Of a stretch of DNA of 32,000 bases, positions 15,724 to 23,746 are shown one piece after another. Under the pieces are notes generated by a model. The model worked only from the letters and a program-made list of their open reading frames with translations, had not been told where the DNA came from and did not search any database. This DNA is from Candidatus Saccharimonadota bacterium (GTDB lineage Bacteria; Patescibacteriota; Microgenomatia; UBA1406; GWC2-37-13): positions 660,001 to 692,000 of the forward strand of contig MGBH01000001.1 in NCBI GenBank assembly GCA_001790095.1, read 5' to 3'. Both the position numbers and the translations under genes were made by a program. Positions within the stretch are counted from its first letter, which is position 1, and every line of letters begins with the position of its first letter.

Positions 15724-16800
15724 TTATGGACATGTTGCGTCAATAAATAAAGTTGGGTAAGTATAACTCTTTGCAGAGTTACACCCACATCTCCATTTAT
15801 CTCCATAAGCATCTTCCGCTGTACAAGAACCAACCGGTAATTTAGTACCGTTAGTCAATGCGCATTGGTAATCAGGAAAATTCGCCTCAACACACGTCGC
15901 TGCTGGTTTGGTACAGTTTGTATTGTCTGAAACGCTTCCTGTCGTTGTTATATCACCTGTTGCATTTGTTTTACATCGAAATCCAGTGTTTGCACCACTT
16001 GATGTCAAAATACATTTATAGATAGTGCCACCAACATCTACATTTGCCCAGTGATATGGAGTTGATACATCTGTCACATTGCTTCCACCATACATACAAT
16101 TAATGACTGGTGTCGGCGCTGCACAAGATGCCTCATTCTCCCAAGTAGGATAGGAAAGTCCACGACTACAATTACATTGTTTCTTACCTTCTGGCGCACA
16201 GGCACCTATAGCATACTCTGTTCCATTGACACCTTCACATGTTCCTGTACAAGTAACAGCCTCTGCACAATCTCGATCACTAGAGGTCGCTCCTCTAATT
16301 GCATTACCTGAGATTGTATCAACAGTAAGTGAACATTTTATTCCTATGTTTTTTGGTGTTGCAGCTCCATCTGTTAGACATTTTTTTGTTACAGCTCCAA
16401 CTGTTACATCTGCCGTTTGATTAAATGTCTCTGCACCTGTACTATCAGTTTTATAGTAGATTTTTTCACCATAAGAACACCTTACAGTTGGTCTACATGT
16501 TGCATAGTCAGTGACTATTGTGCTTGTTACAGAGTCACATTTTCTACCAGTAAGTTCTGGTCTAGTCTTACTTTCAGTACCATCGGCCAATGTGTCAGTT
16601 GTTAACGCTCTTTTTTCACAACCAGATGTTGCGTCCCAATTGCCAGTACCTACGGTGCATGAATTTGTGCCTGCTTTTGTATTACTCGACAGATTTTGAC
16701 TGTTCATGTAATTGGCAAATAACACTACTCCAAGTAGAAGTACTGCCACTGCTGCGATGAAAGCGACACTCTTACTTATACATACTTTTTCGTTCTTCAT
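15724..16800 (-). CDS. secreted/anchored Cys-rich protein with two tandem roughly 125-aa modules
   Basis: N-terminal TM. I count 25 Cys, 24 of them after the TM. Two modules have 10 aligned Cys each (e.g. RCSYGEKIYY / NCMYGGSNVT and KQCNCSRGLSYPTW / WRCGCNSAKSYTYPT). Strong SD (GGAGAGGGGG). The gene is less AT-rich than its neighbours. Confidence 0.75.
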   Translation of the reverse strand: MKNEKVCISKSVAFIAAVAVLLLGVVLFANYMNSQNLSSNTKAGTNSCTVGTGNWDATSGCEKRALTTDTLADGTESKTRPELTGRKCDSVTSTIVTDYATCRPTVRCSYGEKIYYKTDSTGAETFNQTADVTVGAVTKKCLTDGAATPKNIGIKCSLTVDTISGNAIRGATSSDRDCAEAVTCTGTCEGVNGTEYAIGACAPEGKKQCNCSRGLSYPTWENEASCAAPTPVINCMYGGSNVTDVSTPYHWANVDVGGTIYKCILTSSGANTGFRCKTNATGDITTTGSVSDNTNCTKPAATCVEANFPDYQCALTNGTKLPVGSCTAEDAYGDKWRCGCNSAKSYTYPTLFIDATCP

Positions 16801-16959
16801 TTTGTGTCACCCCCTCTCCGTGAAGTAAAAATGATTAAAGGGTTCCCGCAATATAATAAGAAGTTATACATGTAATATAAATTTTTCATGAAAAACTAAT
16901 ACATTATTCATTTAATACTAATTTGAGGGGTGTGTCAAGAGGAAGTGAGACTATAATAA

Positions 16960-17009
16960 CAATATTCAATATTCAATTGTCAATTTTCATTCAATATCAA
17001 ATTATTCAG
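16960..17009. repeat. heptad-phased array (TTCAAT-type units), single arm
   Basis: CAATATTCAATATTCAATTGTCAATTTTCATTCAATATCAAATTATTCAG. It lies upstream of the Cys-rich gene and abuts the end of the extended four-helix-bundle frame. Confidence 0.55.
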
Positions 17010-17012
17010 TTC

Positions 17013-17399
17013 TCAAAAACCTCTCTTCTTACTACTTCTTATGATTGCAGAGAATATTAAGAGAAGTTCGTGCGTTTCTTTCCAATATAATCTTAGTTTG
17101 TCTCTTCGTTCATGATTTACTCTGGCGAGAAGTCTTCACCAATGCTGTGTTTCTTTTATTTCTTTTTTTGCAATACTTATCTTATGAACAAAGTCCTTTT
17201 TGCTCTCTGATTCAACCGCCTCACAATAATTTGCCCCTATTGACCCAGATGAACCAATTAATTGCTCAATAATACGCTTGTTAATGGAGTTGATTGAAAT
17301 TGATTTCACTTCGTCAATTATGTGCTCTGCCAACAGAGCAGTACGCTCTTCAAGATTGTAGTTCTTTGATAAATGATCCCTTGATGCTTGATTGATCAC
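17013..17399 (-). pseudogene. four-helix-bundle protein (23S rRNA IVS protein / Avd family) interrupted by one in-frame TGA
   Basis: Listed ORF 17136..17399 ends ...KKEIKETQHW at a TGA (17136-17138). The same frame continues RLLARVNHERRDKLRLYWKETHELLLIFSAIIRSSKKRGF to a stop at 17013-17015. The QLIGSSGSIGANYCEA..SKKDFVHKISIAKKE.KET..W motif matches the family, where Leu usually follows the W. Confidence 0.65.
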
Positions 17400-17610
17400 T
17401 AAAAAATGATAATTGAACCTTGGTTAACTTACAACGGACTCCATGCTACAAAAATTACAATTCAGATCTTTGTAAAGATGTAAATTTATAGTATTCTCCG
17501 CATACAAATCGGGAATAGGGAAGAGAAAAAGACAAAAAGACTGCCATGATGGGCCAAACACTGAAAAAAGCCATTTTTTGATGGAGTTCCAGGACCGGGG
17601 AGGAAAGTGA

Positions 17611-17695
17611 ACATAAATTGGGAATTAATTAATTTATTATTGCAAAAATAAAAAATAATTAATCATTAATTATCGATTAATTGAAATAAAAAATA
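17611..17695. repeat. extremely AT-rich tract with TTAATNN-type phased units
   Basis: GGAATTAATTAATTTATTATTGCAAAAATAAAAAATAATTAATCATTAATTATCGATTAATTGAAATAAAAAAT. It is partly self-complementary. Confidence 0.5.
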
Positions 17696-17725
17696 TACTA
17701 GTACTCCCCTTGAGTGAGGCTAATC

Positions 17726-17755
17726 AACGTCGTAAAAGATACAATTTACGACGTT
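17726..17755. other. perfect 11-bp hairpin in the ORF-free tract
   Basis: AACGTCGTAAA-agatacaa-TTTACGACGTT. No U-run follows on either strand. Confidence 0.6.
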
Positions 17756-18200
17756 ATACATCTTTATTCTCTGCGGGTTTGGATCCCATTTTTTGCATGA
17801 TGACCCATCGGTAGCAGTTTGATGATATATGGTGCAAAAAGAGAAGCAGCCACACTCACTCTTTTCATAACTACCTCTCTTTAATTGTCAGATCTCCGAT
17901 CACAGTCTCTTTAATGAATACAATAATTTATGTTCTTGCACCTCTCTTGACCTCTTCTCTTACCATCACATGATGCGATTAAATTTAGATTATCATTACT
18001 TGCTAAACATGCATTTTCGAGGCTAAAAAAGTACACTACAGATGATATACCCTGGGCAGTATGTCATCAGTTTAGATTATAAAGACAGTCCATTCTATTG
18101 TTTTCATGCCTATCCACACGCAGATACACAGCTTAAGAGATGAGTAATTTAGATTGCAATATCAATCTATCTTGTAATTTTTGAAGCTAAATACATGTAG

Positions 18201-18209
18201 TTATCCACA
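18201..18209 (+). promoter_or_regulatory. DnaA-box-like 9-mer TTATCCACA (plus 8/9 copy CTATCCACA at 18110-18118)
   Basis: An exact match to the canonical DnaA box and a second near-match lie in the same orientation 91 bp apart, inside the ORF-free tract. A single exact hit could be chance in 32 kb. Confidence 0.25.
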
Positions 18210-18447
18210 TATCACATACATCTACTTACGGAGTGTAGTGACGGTCTGAAATATTGATCCTAAGGCTAGAAACGTATTAACCCAAGCTTGAGTTGTTCAA
18301 ATTCTGTATTAAACTGAATACGAACGTACTAAATAGTCCTATAGTTTATTTTATTATGAATACTATAGGGTATTTTATTATAGGATATTATTCTTCACGT
18401 CCGTACTCCTCTCTTCCCTACCCTGAGAGTCGTAGCCTTTTTTTACC

Positions 18448-19248
18448 TTACCAATTAATCGTAAGAATTATTACAATTAATACAAATCCTAGAACAAATA
18501 AATACTCACGCACTGTCTCTTTAAATAAACGCTGATCAAGGTAAAGATATGTCAACCCTCCTACGCTGTAGAATACGCATGAGATAAGTAAGGCCATGAT
18601 CGATGTCTGTAAGGGTATAAATGAGGCTATCAGACTGGTTTGGAGAATGATAAATCCAACCAGTAACCCAAATTGAATAATCTGTTTCTCCAAGTAAAGC
18701 TCAAGCTTGATGCTCCAAAACAAGTGTGTTGCTATCACGGTCCCCAACAAGAAAAGAAATAGGACACTAAGTAGAAAATTAAGCTTTAAAGACAGGATAA
18801 GATTGGAAAACAAAAACATAACAAGAGATTGATAAAAATAGTTTACTGAGAAGGCGGCACGATAGAGCTGAAGGCTCTTCTCTACTCCAACATTAAAGAT
18901 ATTGGATACAAGAAACATGGCATATATAGATATGGCATAAAAAGTTACAAAAGGTATACGAGTTAACCATCTAACCGGAAAAAGGAAATAAAAGAGATAA
19001 AATGATATCGTCACCAATACCGGCATAAGAAATAAGGTAGCCCATTCTATCTTTTCAATACCTTCAAGTATGGAAAAAAAGGTGCATAGATATGAAACAA
19101 TGATAAAAACCGGGATAAAAAACCAGGCTTTATCAAAGAAAAAAAAGGTAGAGATAAGAAGTATGGTCGTTAGGATCAATGTCGATATGATAAAACGAAC
19201 TCTTTTTTCTATACGACCCATTATTGAGTATATGACCTGATAATTCAT
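18448..19248 (-). CDS. polytopic membrane protein, unknown function
   Basis: 266 aa with roughly 8 hydrophobic helices. Its start overlaps the yebC stop (ATGA), suggesting co-transcription. Confidence 0.65.
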   Translation of the reverse strand: MNYQVIYSIMGRIEKRVRFIISTLILTTILLISTFFFFDKAWFFIPVFIIVSYLCTFFSILEGIEKIEWATLFLMPVLVTISFYLFYFLFPVRWLTRIPFVTFYAISIYAMFLVSNIFNVGVEKSLQLYRAAFSVNYFYQSLVMFLFSNLILSLKLNFLLSVLFLFLLGTVIATHLFWSIKLELYLEKQIIQFGLLVGFIILQTSLIASFIPLQTSIMALLISCVFYSVGGLTYLYLDQRLFKETVREYLFVLGFVLIVIILTINW

Positions 19249-19982
19249 ATATGAAATGAGTCTGGAATATCAATATTTGAAAATACCCCATGGACATCAT
19301 CAAGCCCTTCAACAGCTTCCATAACGCCAAGGACCTGGCTTATCTGGTCATGGGTAGATACGCTAATATTTAAATTTGGTTTATAAATAACCTCGCTAAG
19401 CTTTGGACGGACCTTTTCAAGGTGTTCTTTAATCTTTCCAAAAAGCTCAAAGGGTATATATACATAATAGATGGATTCGCTCTTGTCCATATCAATTGCA
19501 TTTAGACTTTGAGCAAATGTGAAGATGTCCTCCTCTGTATTCTCTCCCTTATCAAACTCAACCATACCACATTTAGTAAAAAGATATGAGACTGAGCCCT
19601 GAGTTCCTAATTTTCCACCATGCTGTTCAATACAATTTTTTATCTCATTCACTGTCCTATTTGGGTTGTCGGTCGTAGCATGGATCATAAGAGCAACCCC
19701 ATGTGGAGCAAACCCCTCATACATAACCTCACGTAATACATTTTTGTTATCTTTGTTTGCTTTTTCAATTGCCCTTTGGATGTTTTCTTTGGGCATATTC
19801 AAAGACTTCGCTTTATCTATGATAAGCCTCAGCTTGAAGTTATGGGAAGGATCCGGGATATTGCCCCCTTCGTGGACAGCAAGAGTAATAAGTCTTGATA
19901 GCTTGGAGAAAACCACCCCCTTTACTTTATCGTTTGCTTCCTTTTTGCGCTTTATATTTGCCCATTTTGAATGACCGGACAT
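19245..19982 (-). CDS. yebC: YebC/PmpR-family DNA-binding regulator
   Basis: MSGHSKWANIKRKKEANDKVKG..FSKLSR.ITLAVHEGGNIPDPSHNFKLR..IDKAKSLNMPKENIQRAI. Confidence 0.9.
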   Translation of the reverse strand: MSGHSKWANIKRKKEANDKVKGVVFSKLSRLITLAVHEGGNIPDPSHNFKLRLIIDKAKSLNMPKENIQRAIEKANKDNKNVLREVMYEGFAPHGVALMIHATTDNPNRTVNEIKNCIEQHGGKLGTQGSVSYLFTKCGMVEFDKGENTEEDIFTFAQSLNAIDMDKSESIYYVYIPFELFGKIKEHLEKVRPKLSEVIYKPNLNISVSTHDQISQVLGVMEAVEGLDDVHGVFSNIDIPDSFHI

Positions 19983-19998
19983 ATGAGTCCAATTATAC

Positions 19999-20026
19999 TT
20001 GACTTTACTGAAAAATCATATATATT
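19999..20026 (+). promoter_or_regulatory. sigma70-like promoter TTGACT-16-TATATT
   Basis: TTGACT at 19999-20004 and TATATT at 20021-20026. The ATG at 20037 is 10 nt downstream of the -10 box. Confidence 0.45.
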
Positions 20027-20036
20027 GTATAAACGT

Positions 20037-20840
20037 ATGGATGATATCGAACTGCTCGAACAGCACGCAATTGACGCTGCGATGAACCTTCAATGGCAAA
20101 ATGCAATAGAGCTCAACAACCAGATTATTAAACTCAATAAAGATAATGAGTCAGCACATCTTCGCCTCGGCTTTATATATCTTCAATTAAAAGATGTAAC
20201 CAAGGCAAAGAGATATTATTCTAAAGCCTTAAAAATCCAACCCCGCAACAGCGTAGCATTACAAAATCTGGAAAGAATCAAGGTCCTTGAAAAAGCAAAA
20301 ACACAAAAGTCAGGTGATGCTCAAGTTTCTTTTGCAGCTGATCTGTTTATAGAAGCCATAGGAAAAACAAAAACGGTAGCACTTGCAAATCTTGGACAGA
20401 AAAACGTACTTGCCAGACTGACCATAGGTCAACCCGTTTGTCTTAAAATCAAAAAACGGCGCGTTGAGGTCCGATCCCTCGCTGGTGACTATATCGGCAA
20501 TCTTCCTGATGACTTGTCAAAAAGACTTATCTTTTTTTTAAAAGCAAAAAGTTCATATTTTACCTTTATCAGAGAATCTACTTTTACCAAGGTAATTGTA
20601 TTTATCAAGGAGGAAAAAAAAGGAAAAGGCGTCACCAAACAGATTTCCTTCCCCCTCAACATTCAAACAAAGATCATTGAGACTCCCCCGAATCAAAGTG
20701 GTGAAGAAAAGGAAGAAGAAACAGAAGACCAAGAAGAACACATTGATGCTTGGGAAAAAATGGCACAAGAACAGCCCAATACCGATGATAAAGAAATGCT
20801 TCTTGATATTCAGCGAGATGATTTGGATGAGGAAGAGTAA
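20037..20840 (+). CDS. TPR-repeat protein with acidic C-terminal tail
   Basis: TPR-like AIELNNQIIKLNKDNESAHLRLGFIYLQLKDVTKAKRYYSKALKIQPRN and a Glu/Asp-rich tail. The listed ORF starts at 19971 inside yebC. ATG 20037 (MDDIELLEQ) fits the promoter. Confidence 0.65.
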   Translation: MDDIELLEQHAIDAAMNLQWQNAIELNNQIIKLNKDNESAHLRLGFIYLQLKDVTKAKRYYSKALKIQPRNSVALQNLERIKVLEKAKTQKSGDAQVSFAADLFIEAIGKTKTVALANLGQKNVLARLTIGQPVCLKIKKRRVEVRSLAGDYIGNLPDDLSKRLIFFLKAKSSYFTFIRESTFTKVIVFIKEEKKGKGVTKQISFPLNIQTKIIETPPNQSGEEKEEETEDQEEHIDAWEKMAQEQPNTDDKEMLLDIQRDDLDEEE

Positions 20841-20992
20841 TGTATGACTTTGTCTCTAAAAAAGACAATGCTTCCTTTTATTTTTCGCATCGAAATAAGC
20901 TTAGTAATTTCTTTTGGTACTCCCATATCTTTCATCGAGACAAACGCAAGTATAAAAGAAAGAACCAAAATGATGAAAAAAATGATTAGCAT
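20810..20992 (-). CDS. possible small single-pass membrane protein
   Basis: 60-aa ORF with an N-terminal TM (LIIFFIILVLSFILAFV). Its 3' end overlaps the TPR gene by 31 nt. There is no other support. Confidence 0.3.
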   Translation of the reverse strand: MLIIFFIILVLSFILAFVSMKDMGVPKEITKLISMRKIKGSIVFFRDKVIHYSSSSKSSR

Positions 20993-20997
20993 AAAAG

Positions 20998-21095
20998 TAT
21001 CTCAAATGGCAAATGTCAAATATACATGTTAAATCGTAAATCTTGTTTAGATTTAATATTTGCAATGTAGATTTGAATTTTGAGATTTGACATTA
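20998..21095. repeat. heptad-phased imperfect palindrome (unit CAAATNN / ATTTGNN)
   Basis: CAAAT occurs at 21003, 21010 and 21017; TAAATC at 21030 and 21037; ATTTG at 21058, 21071 and 21085. The centre is TAAATC-ttgttta-GATTTA. Confidence 0.7.
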
Positions 21096-22022
21096 TTACA
21101 ATATCTCCCATTCCTTTTCCGCTATCCCCAACTGTATAATTATATCAGAACTTTCAGTTCGGCCATGACTTAGCTTGCACGTAAAAAAAGCCGCCATATC
21201 AATTGCGCTTTGGGAAAAACGATCCCCCTGTTCAATGATCTTACATGATCGTTCAGTCCCCTCTTTTGTATTTTCAGAGAGATCCACAACTCGTATACCA
21301 TCGCCTTCGATAATCTTTGAAATAAGGAGAGCCGTATTATAACTTCTGTGATAGATTATTTGAACAGTCTTTTGTTCTTTTCGGTATATACGATTATAGA
21401 GAAACCCTTGGTATTTTTTTGCAAAGTCCTTGTCCTGAAAAAACTCCTCCTCTACCCCTATATAGCTTTTATACTCTATCTTCTCAAATTGCCTCTTTTG
21501 TTTGCCTACAAACTTCAGAAAAATGAATATTCGGTCAAAAATGTTACTATTTGATGGAGAAAAAAAAATATCACCAAATGAAGGAAAACCAAACGATGTC
21601 TCATCAAGCTCCTCTTTCCCGTAATAGATCTCTTGACTACTACGATAGTAGTACTTATCTACGGTTGAAGCAATCGTTGCCGAAAATGCTTTTCTTATCA
21701 AATCGCTTTTTTTTTCAAGAACTATCATTTTGCCCAAAGCTCCAACACGATAGCTTCCATATCCACCGGGTACTTTCACCTTTACGTCGGGATAAAATGA
21801 AATAAAATAGTGAACTCCATCATATTTACCGAGTGAATAGAATATGGTATTTTTTCCATAATAGACGACGTTTATTCTGTCTTTTTTTATAAAAAACAAT
21901 GACGCAGAGAGTTGCTTAAAAAAAATAAACACCATAACACAACTTAAAATAAAAATTAATACATAAAGAAAGATTCTTGAAGATTTGATATTTGAGATTT
22001 GAGATTTGAGCTTTCTTCTCAT
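21096..22022 (-). CDS. LCP-like / LytR_C-domain envelope protein (tentative)
   Basis: N-terminal TM. The C-terminal part (VQIIYHRSYNTALLISKIIEGDGIRVVDL...SDIIIQLG) resembles a LytR_C domain. An ATGA overlap links it to the upstream antiporter gene. Confidence 0.45.
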   Translation of the reverse strand: MRRKLKSQISNIKSSRIFLYVLIFILSCVMVFIFFKQLSASLFFIKKDRINVVYYGKNTIFYSLGKYDGVHYFISFYPDVKVKVPGGYGSYRVGALGKMIVLEKKSDLIRKAFSATIASTVDKYYYRSSQEIYYGKEELDETSFGFPSFGDIFFSPSNSNIFDRIFIFLKFVGKQKRQFEKIEYKSYIGVEEEFFQDKDFAKKYQGFLYNRIYRKEQKTVQIIYHRSYNTALLISKIIEGDGIRVVDLSENTKEGTERSCKIIEQGDRFSQSAIDMAAFFTCKLSHGRTESSDIIIQLGIAEKEWEIL

Positions 22023-23746
22023 ATCCCCTCCTGTTCTAATTTGAAATAATGAAGTTTTTCAATAATCTCCTCCTTGGGGACCCGTTTGAGAAGAAGAAGT
22101 TTTTTGATGATGGAAAGAGACGCCTCAAACTCCGGCTGAACCACTATTCTGACTCCCATATCTTTCATGCGCTTGTGGTCTTTTTTCCTATGTACCCGTC
22201 CAATAATCAATATGGATTTATTAAGTTTTCTTGCATTCAGAATGATTGTCTCTTGAGAAAATCTGTCTGGAAGCGCTGTCACTATAGCTACAGCGCTCTC
22301 TGTCTCAGCATAGTCAAGGATGTCCATGTCGGTTGGATCTCCATAAATTATATTAATCCCCTCCCGCTTTGCCTTTTCAACCGTCCTAAAATTGTAATCA
22401 ATTGCTATAAAGGGAATATTCGAGAGCATAAGAGCCCTACCCACATAGGAACCAATCCTGCCATAACCACATAAAATCACATGGTTTTTAATCTCAAGAG
22501 TATCGATTGGAGACTGATTTCTGTCTAGCCGATGCTTAATATATGTATGGAGAAACGGTATGTATTGGTTTATGAGTGCTCGAATGAATCGATATGCATT
22601 CTCTTTGCCATTTATAAGAAATGGTGTAACAAGCAAGCTCAACATGACAGCCGTAATGACGAAAAGATATTCCTCCCTTGTAAACACTTTATTGGCATAA
22701 GCTACAGACATGAGGATAAAAGCATCTTCATCAATCTGAAACAGAAATAAAGAAAGATAAAAAGCAAGCTTTGAATGAAATCTCATGAAAAGAAAGATCA
22801 TAAGAATTACTATGCCCTTTACCACCATCACCAAAACTCCAAATAAGATAATTTGAGGTAGTAGAAAAAAAACAGTCCCGATTTTAATATTGGTTCCAAT
22901 AAAAATAAAAAAAATGACCGAGAGAAGATCTCGAAGGGGACGAACCTGAGAAAAAATATGATAGTGTTCAAGGGTCTGAGAAACAAGGATACCTGCAACA
23001 AATATACTAACAAGAACCGGGATGTGAAAAAGCGTTGAGATATATGCAATGACGAAAATCGTCAATATAATAAAAAGGTTGAGGAGTTCACGAGAAGTTT
23101 TTGCAATCTTATTGAATACAAATGGAGCGATCCTGTTGCCAAAATAATAAGCAAACCACAGTATGCAACCTGAAGTAATCATGTCAACAAGGATTTTCCA
23201 GGAAATCTCAATAAGTGAAACGTTATTGGACGTAATAGATGTAAAAATGATTACAAAAGGGATAAAAGCTAGGTCTTGAAACATCAAAATACCCATCGCA
23301 AGTTCTCCATGAAACGACCCCTCCTCTCCCCTATCTTGTATGATCTTGGCAACAAGAGCGGTAGAAGAAGAAGACAGAGCAATACCGATAAGAAATGATT
23401 GGAGAGGGGAAAATCCAAAAAAAAGGCTTAAGATACATAGGGCAACAATAGATATAATTATTTGGAGGAATCCTCCTAAAACAATGAATTTTTTCAGAGC
23501 TATCATCTGATCAAACTGTATCTCAAGTCCGAGTGTAAACATGAGGAAAACAATACCGAAGTAGGCAAAATTATTTATGATCTCACGTGAAATAAAACCG
23601 TCAAAGAAGTTACTAAGTACTATCCCTCCTAACATATAACCGATAATGGGTGAAATTCTATTTTTTTTCAACAAAAGTGCAAATACAAACGGTATGAGAA
23701 GAAATAGAGAAAAGTTAAAAAAAAATGACGAAGGAATATCACTCAT
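22019..23746 (-). CDS. CPA2-family monovalent cation:proton antiporter (Kef-type) with C-terminal RCK/TrkA-N domain
   Basis: About 12 TM helices followed by a Rossmann motif, HVILCGYGRIGSYVGRAL. Confidence 0.8.
   Translation of the reverse strand: MSDIPSSFFFNFSLFLLIPFVFALLLKKNRISPIIGYMLGGIVLSNFFDGFISREIINNFAYFGIVFLMFTLGLEIQFDQMIALKKFIVLGGFLQIIISIVALCILSLFFGFSPLQSFLIGIALSSSSTALVAKIIQDRGEEGSFHGELAMGILMFQDLAFIPFVIIFTSITSNNVSLIEISWKILVDMITSGCILWFAYYFGNRIAPFVFNKIAKTSRELLNLFIILTIFVIAYISTLFHIPVLVSIFVAGILVSQTLEHYHIFSQVRPLRDLLSVIFFIFIGTNIKIGTVFFLLPQIILFGVLVMVVKGIVILMIFLFMRFHSKLAFYLSLFLFQIDEDAFILMSVAYANKVFTREEYLFVITAVMLSLLVTPFLINGKENAYRFIRALINQYIPFLHTYIKHRLDRNQSPIDTLEIKNHVILCGYGRIGSYVGRALMLSNIPFIAIDYNFRTVEKAKREGINIIYGDPTDMDILDYAETESAVAIVTALPDRFSQETIILNARKLNKSILIIGRVHRKKDHKRMKDMGVRIVVQPEFEASLSIIKKLLLLKRVPKEEIIEKLHYFKLEQEGI

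Noticed and set aside
17136-17138. Genome-wide UGA reassignment (code 25, as in Gracilibacteria/Absconditabacteria) as the explanation for the in-frame TGA in the four-helix-bundle gene
   Set aside because: TGA terminates several well-supported genes at sensible lengths, including the ATGA start/stop overlaps at 11150-11153 and 12460-12463 and the stops at 4094-4096 and 4957-4959. Long standard-code ORFs are not fragmented by TGA anywhere else.
17598-17608. RNase P RNA CR-I-like string GAGGAAAGUG
   Set aside because: There is only one 9/10 match. The following P4 residues are absent, no ACAGAA..CCGGCUUA-type CR-IV/V partner is present, and an 85-nt pure AT tract follows.
17984-18157. Degenerate CRISPR array from the TTTAGATT(A/G) repeats
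   Set aside because: The repeats are only about 10 nt, spacing is irregular (87 and 77 nt), there is no extended repeat identity, and no cas genes are present.
15724-18447. Diversity-generating retroelement (an Avd-like four-helix-bundle gene next to a surface protein gene)
   Set aside because: No reverse transcriptase ORF or recognisable remnant appeared in my six-frame reading of the adjacent 1 kb. I found no template/variable repeat pair. The Cys-rich protein has no C-type-lectin-like Asn-rich C-terminus.
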